From positions 9,901,009 through 9,965,008 of the forward strand of contig MU058781.1 in assembly GCA_013265495.1 (NCBI GenBank): 64,000 nucleotides of DNA, given 5' to 3'. The notes under the pieces are model-generated. The model ran no database searches, was not told the DNA's origin, and worked only from the letters and a program-made list of their open reading frames with translations. The stretch is from Vicugna vicugna (Eukaryota). Shown in pieces: positions 63,980-64,000 of the stretch. Position 1 is the first letter of the stretch. Each line of letters starts with the position of its first letter. A program made the position numbers and the translations under genes.

Positions 63980-64000
63980 GTATAGGAGCATCACTTGGAA

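Noticed and set aside
1..64000. CRISPR arrays, operons, rRNA, prokaryotic defence or other novel multi-gene systems
   Set aside because: No regularly spaced repeats, no gene-dense coding structure and no rRNA-like sequence; the window is mammalian repeat-rich non-coding DNA.

Overview
This is AT-rich, CpG-depleted mammalian non-coding DNA, either intergenic or part of a very long intron. Short young LINE-1 3' ends resemble camelid/cetartiodactyl L1, and I saw no Alu, B1/B2, Bov-A/Bov-tA, PRE-1 or Can-SINE copies, so a camelid genome (camel/alpaca/llama) is the best guess. Much of the window is eutherian repeat fossils: MIR, L2, old and young L1, MaLR and LTR16 solo LTRs, MER5/MER94 hAT elements, and a probable hAT transposase remnant at the right edge. 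I cannot support any protein-coding gene, RNA gene, CRISPR array or prokaryotic feature. The ORFs supplied are chance ORFs or decayed L1/L2/hAT frames. The most interesting unique sequence is (i) a CpG-elevated block at ~57.8-59.3 kb with a TGACAG cluster and exon-like signals on both strands, and (ii) a TATA/Inr/kappaB/ETS/RUNX promoter-like element at ~31.1 kb. I do not see evidence for a novel biological system. Repeat family names come from recalled consensus sequences, not from a search, and most boundaries are approximate.
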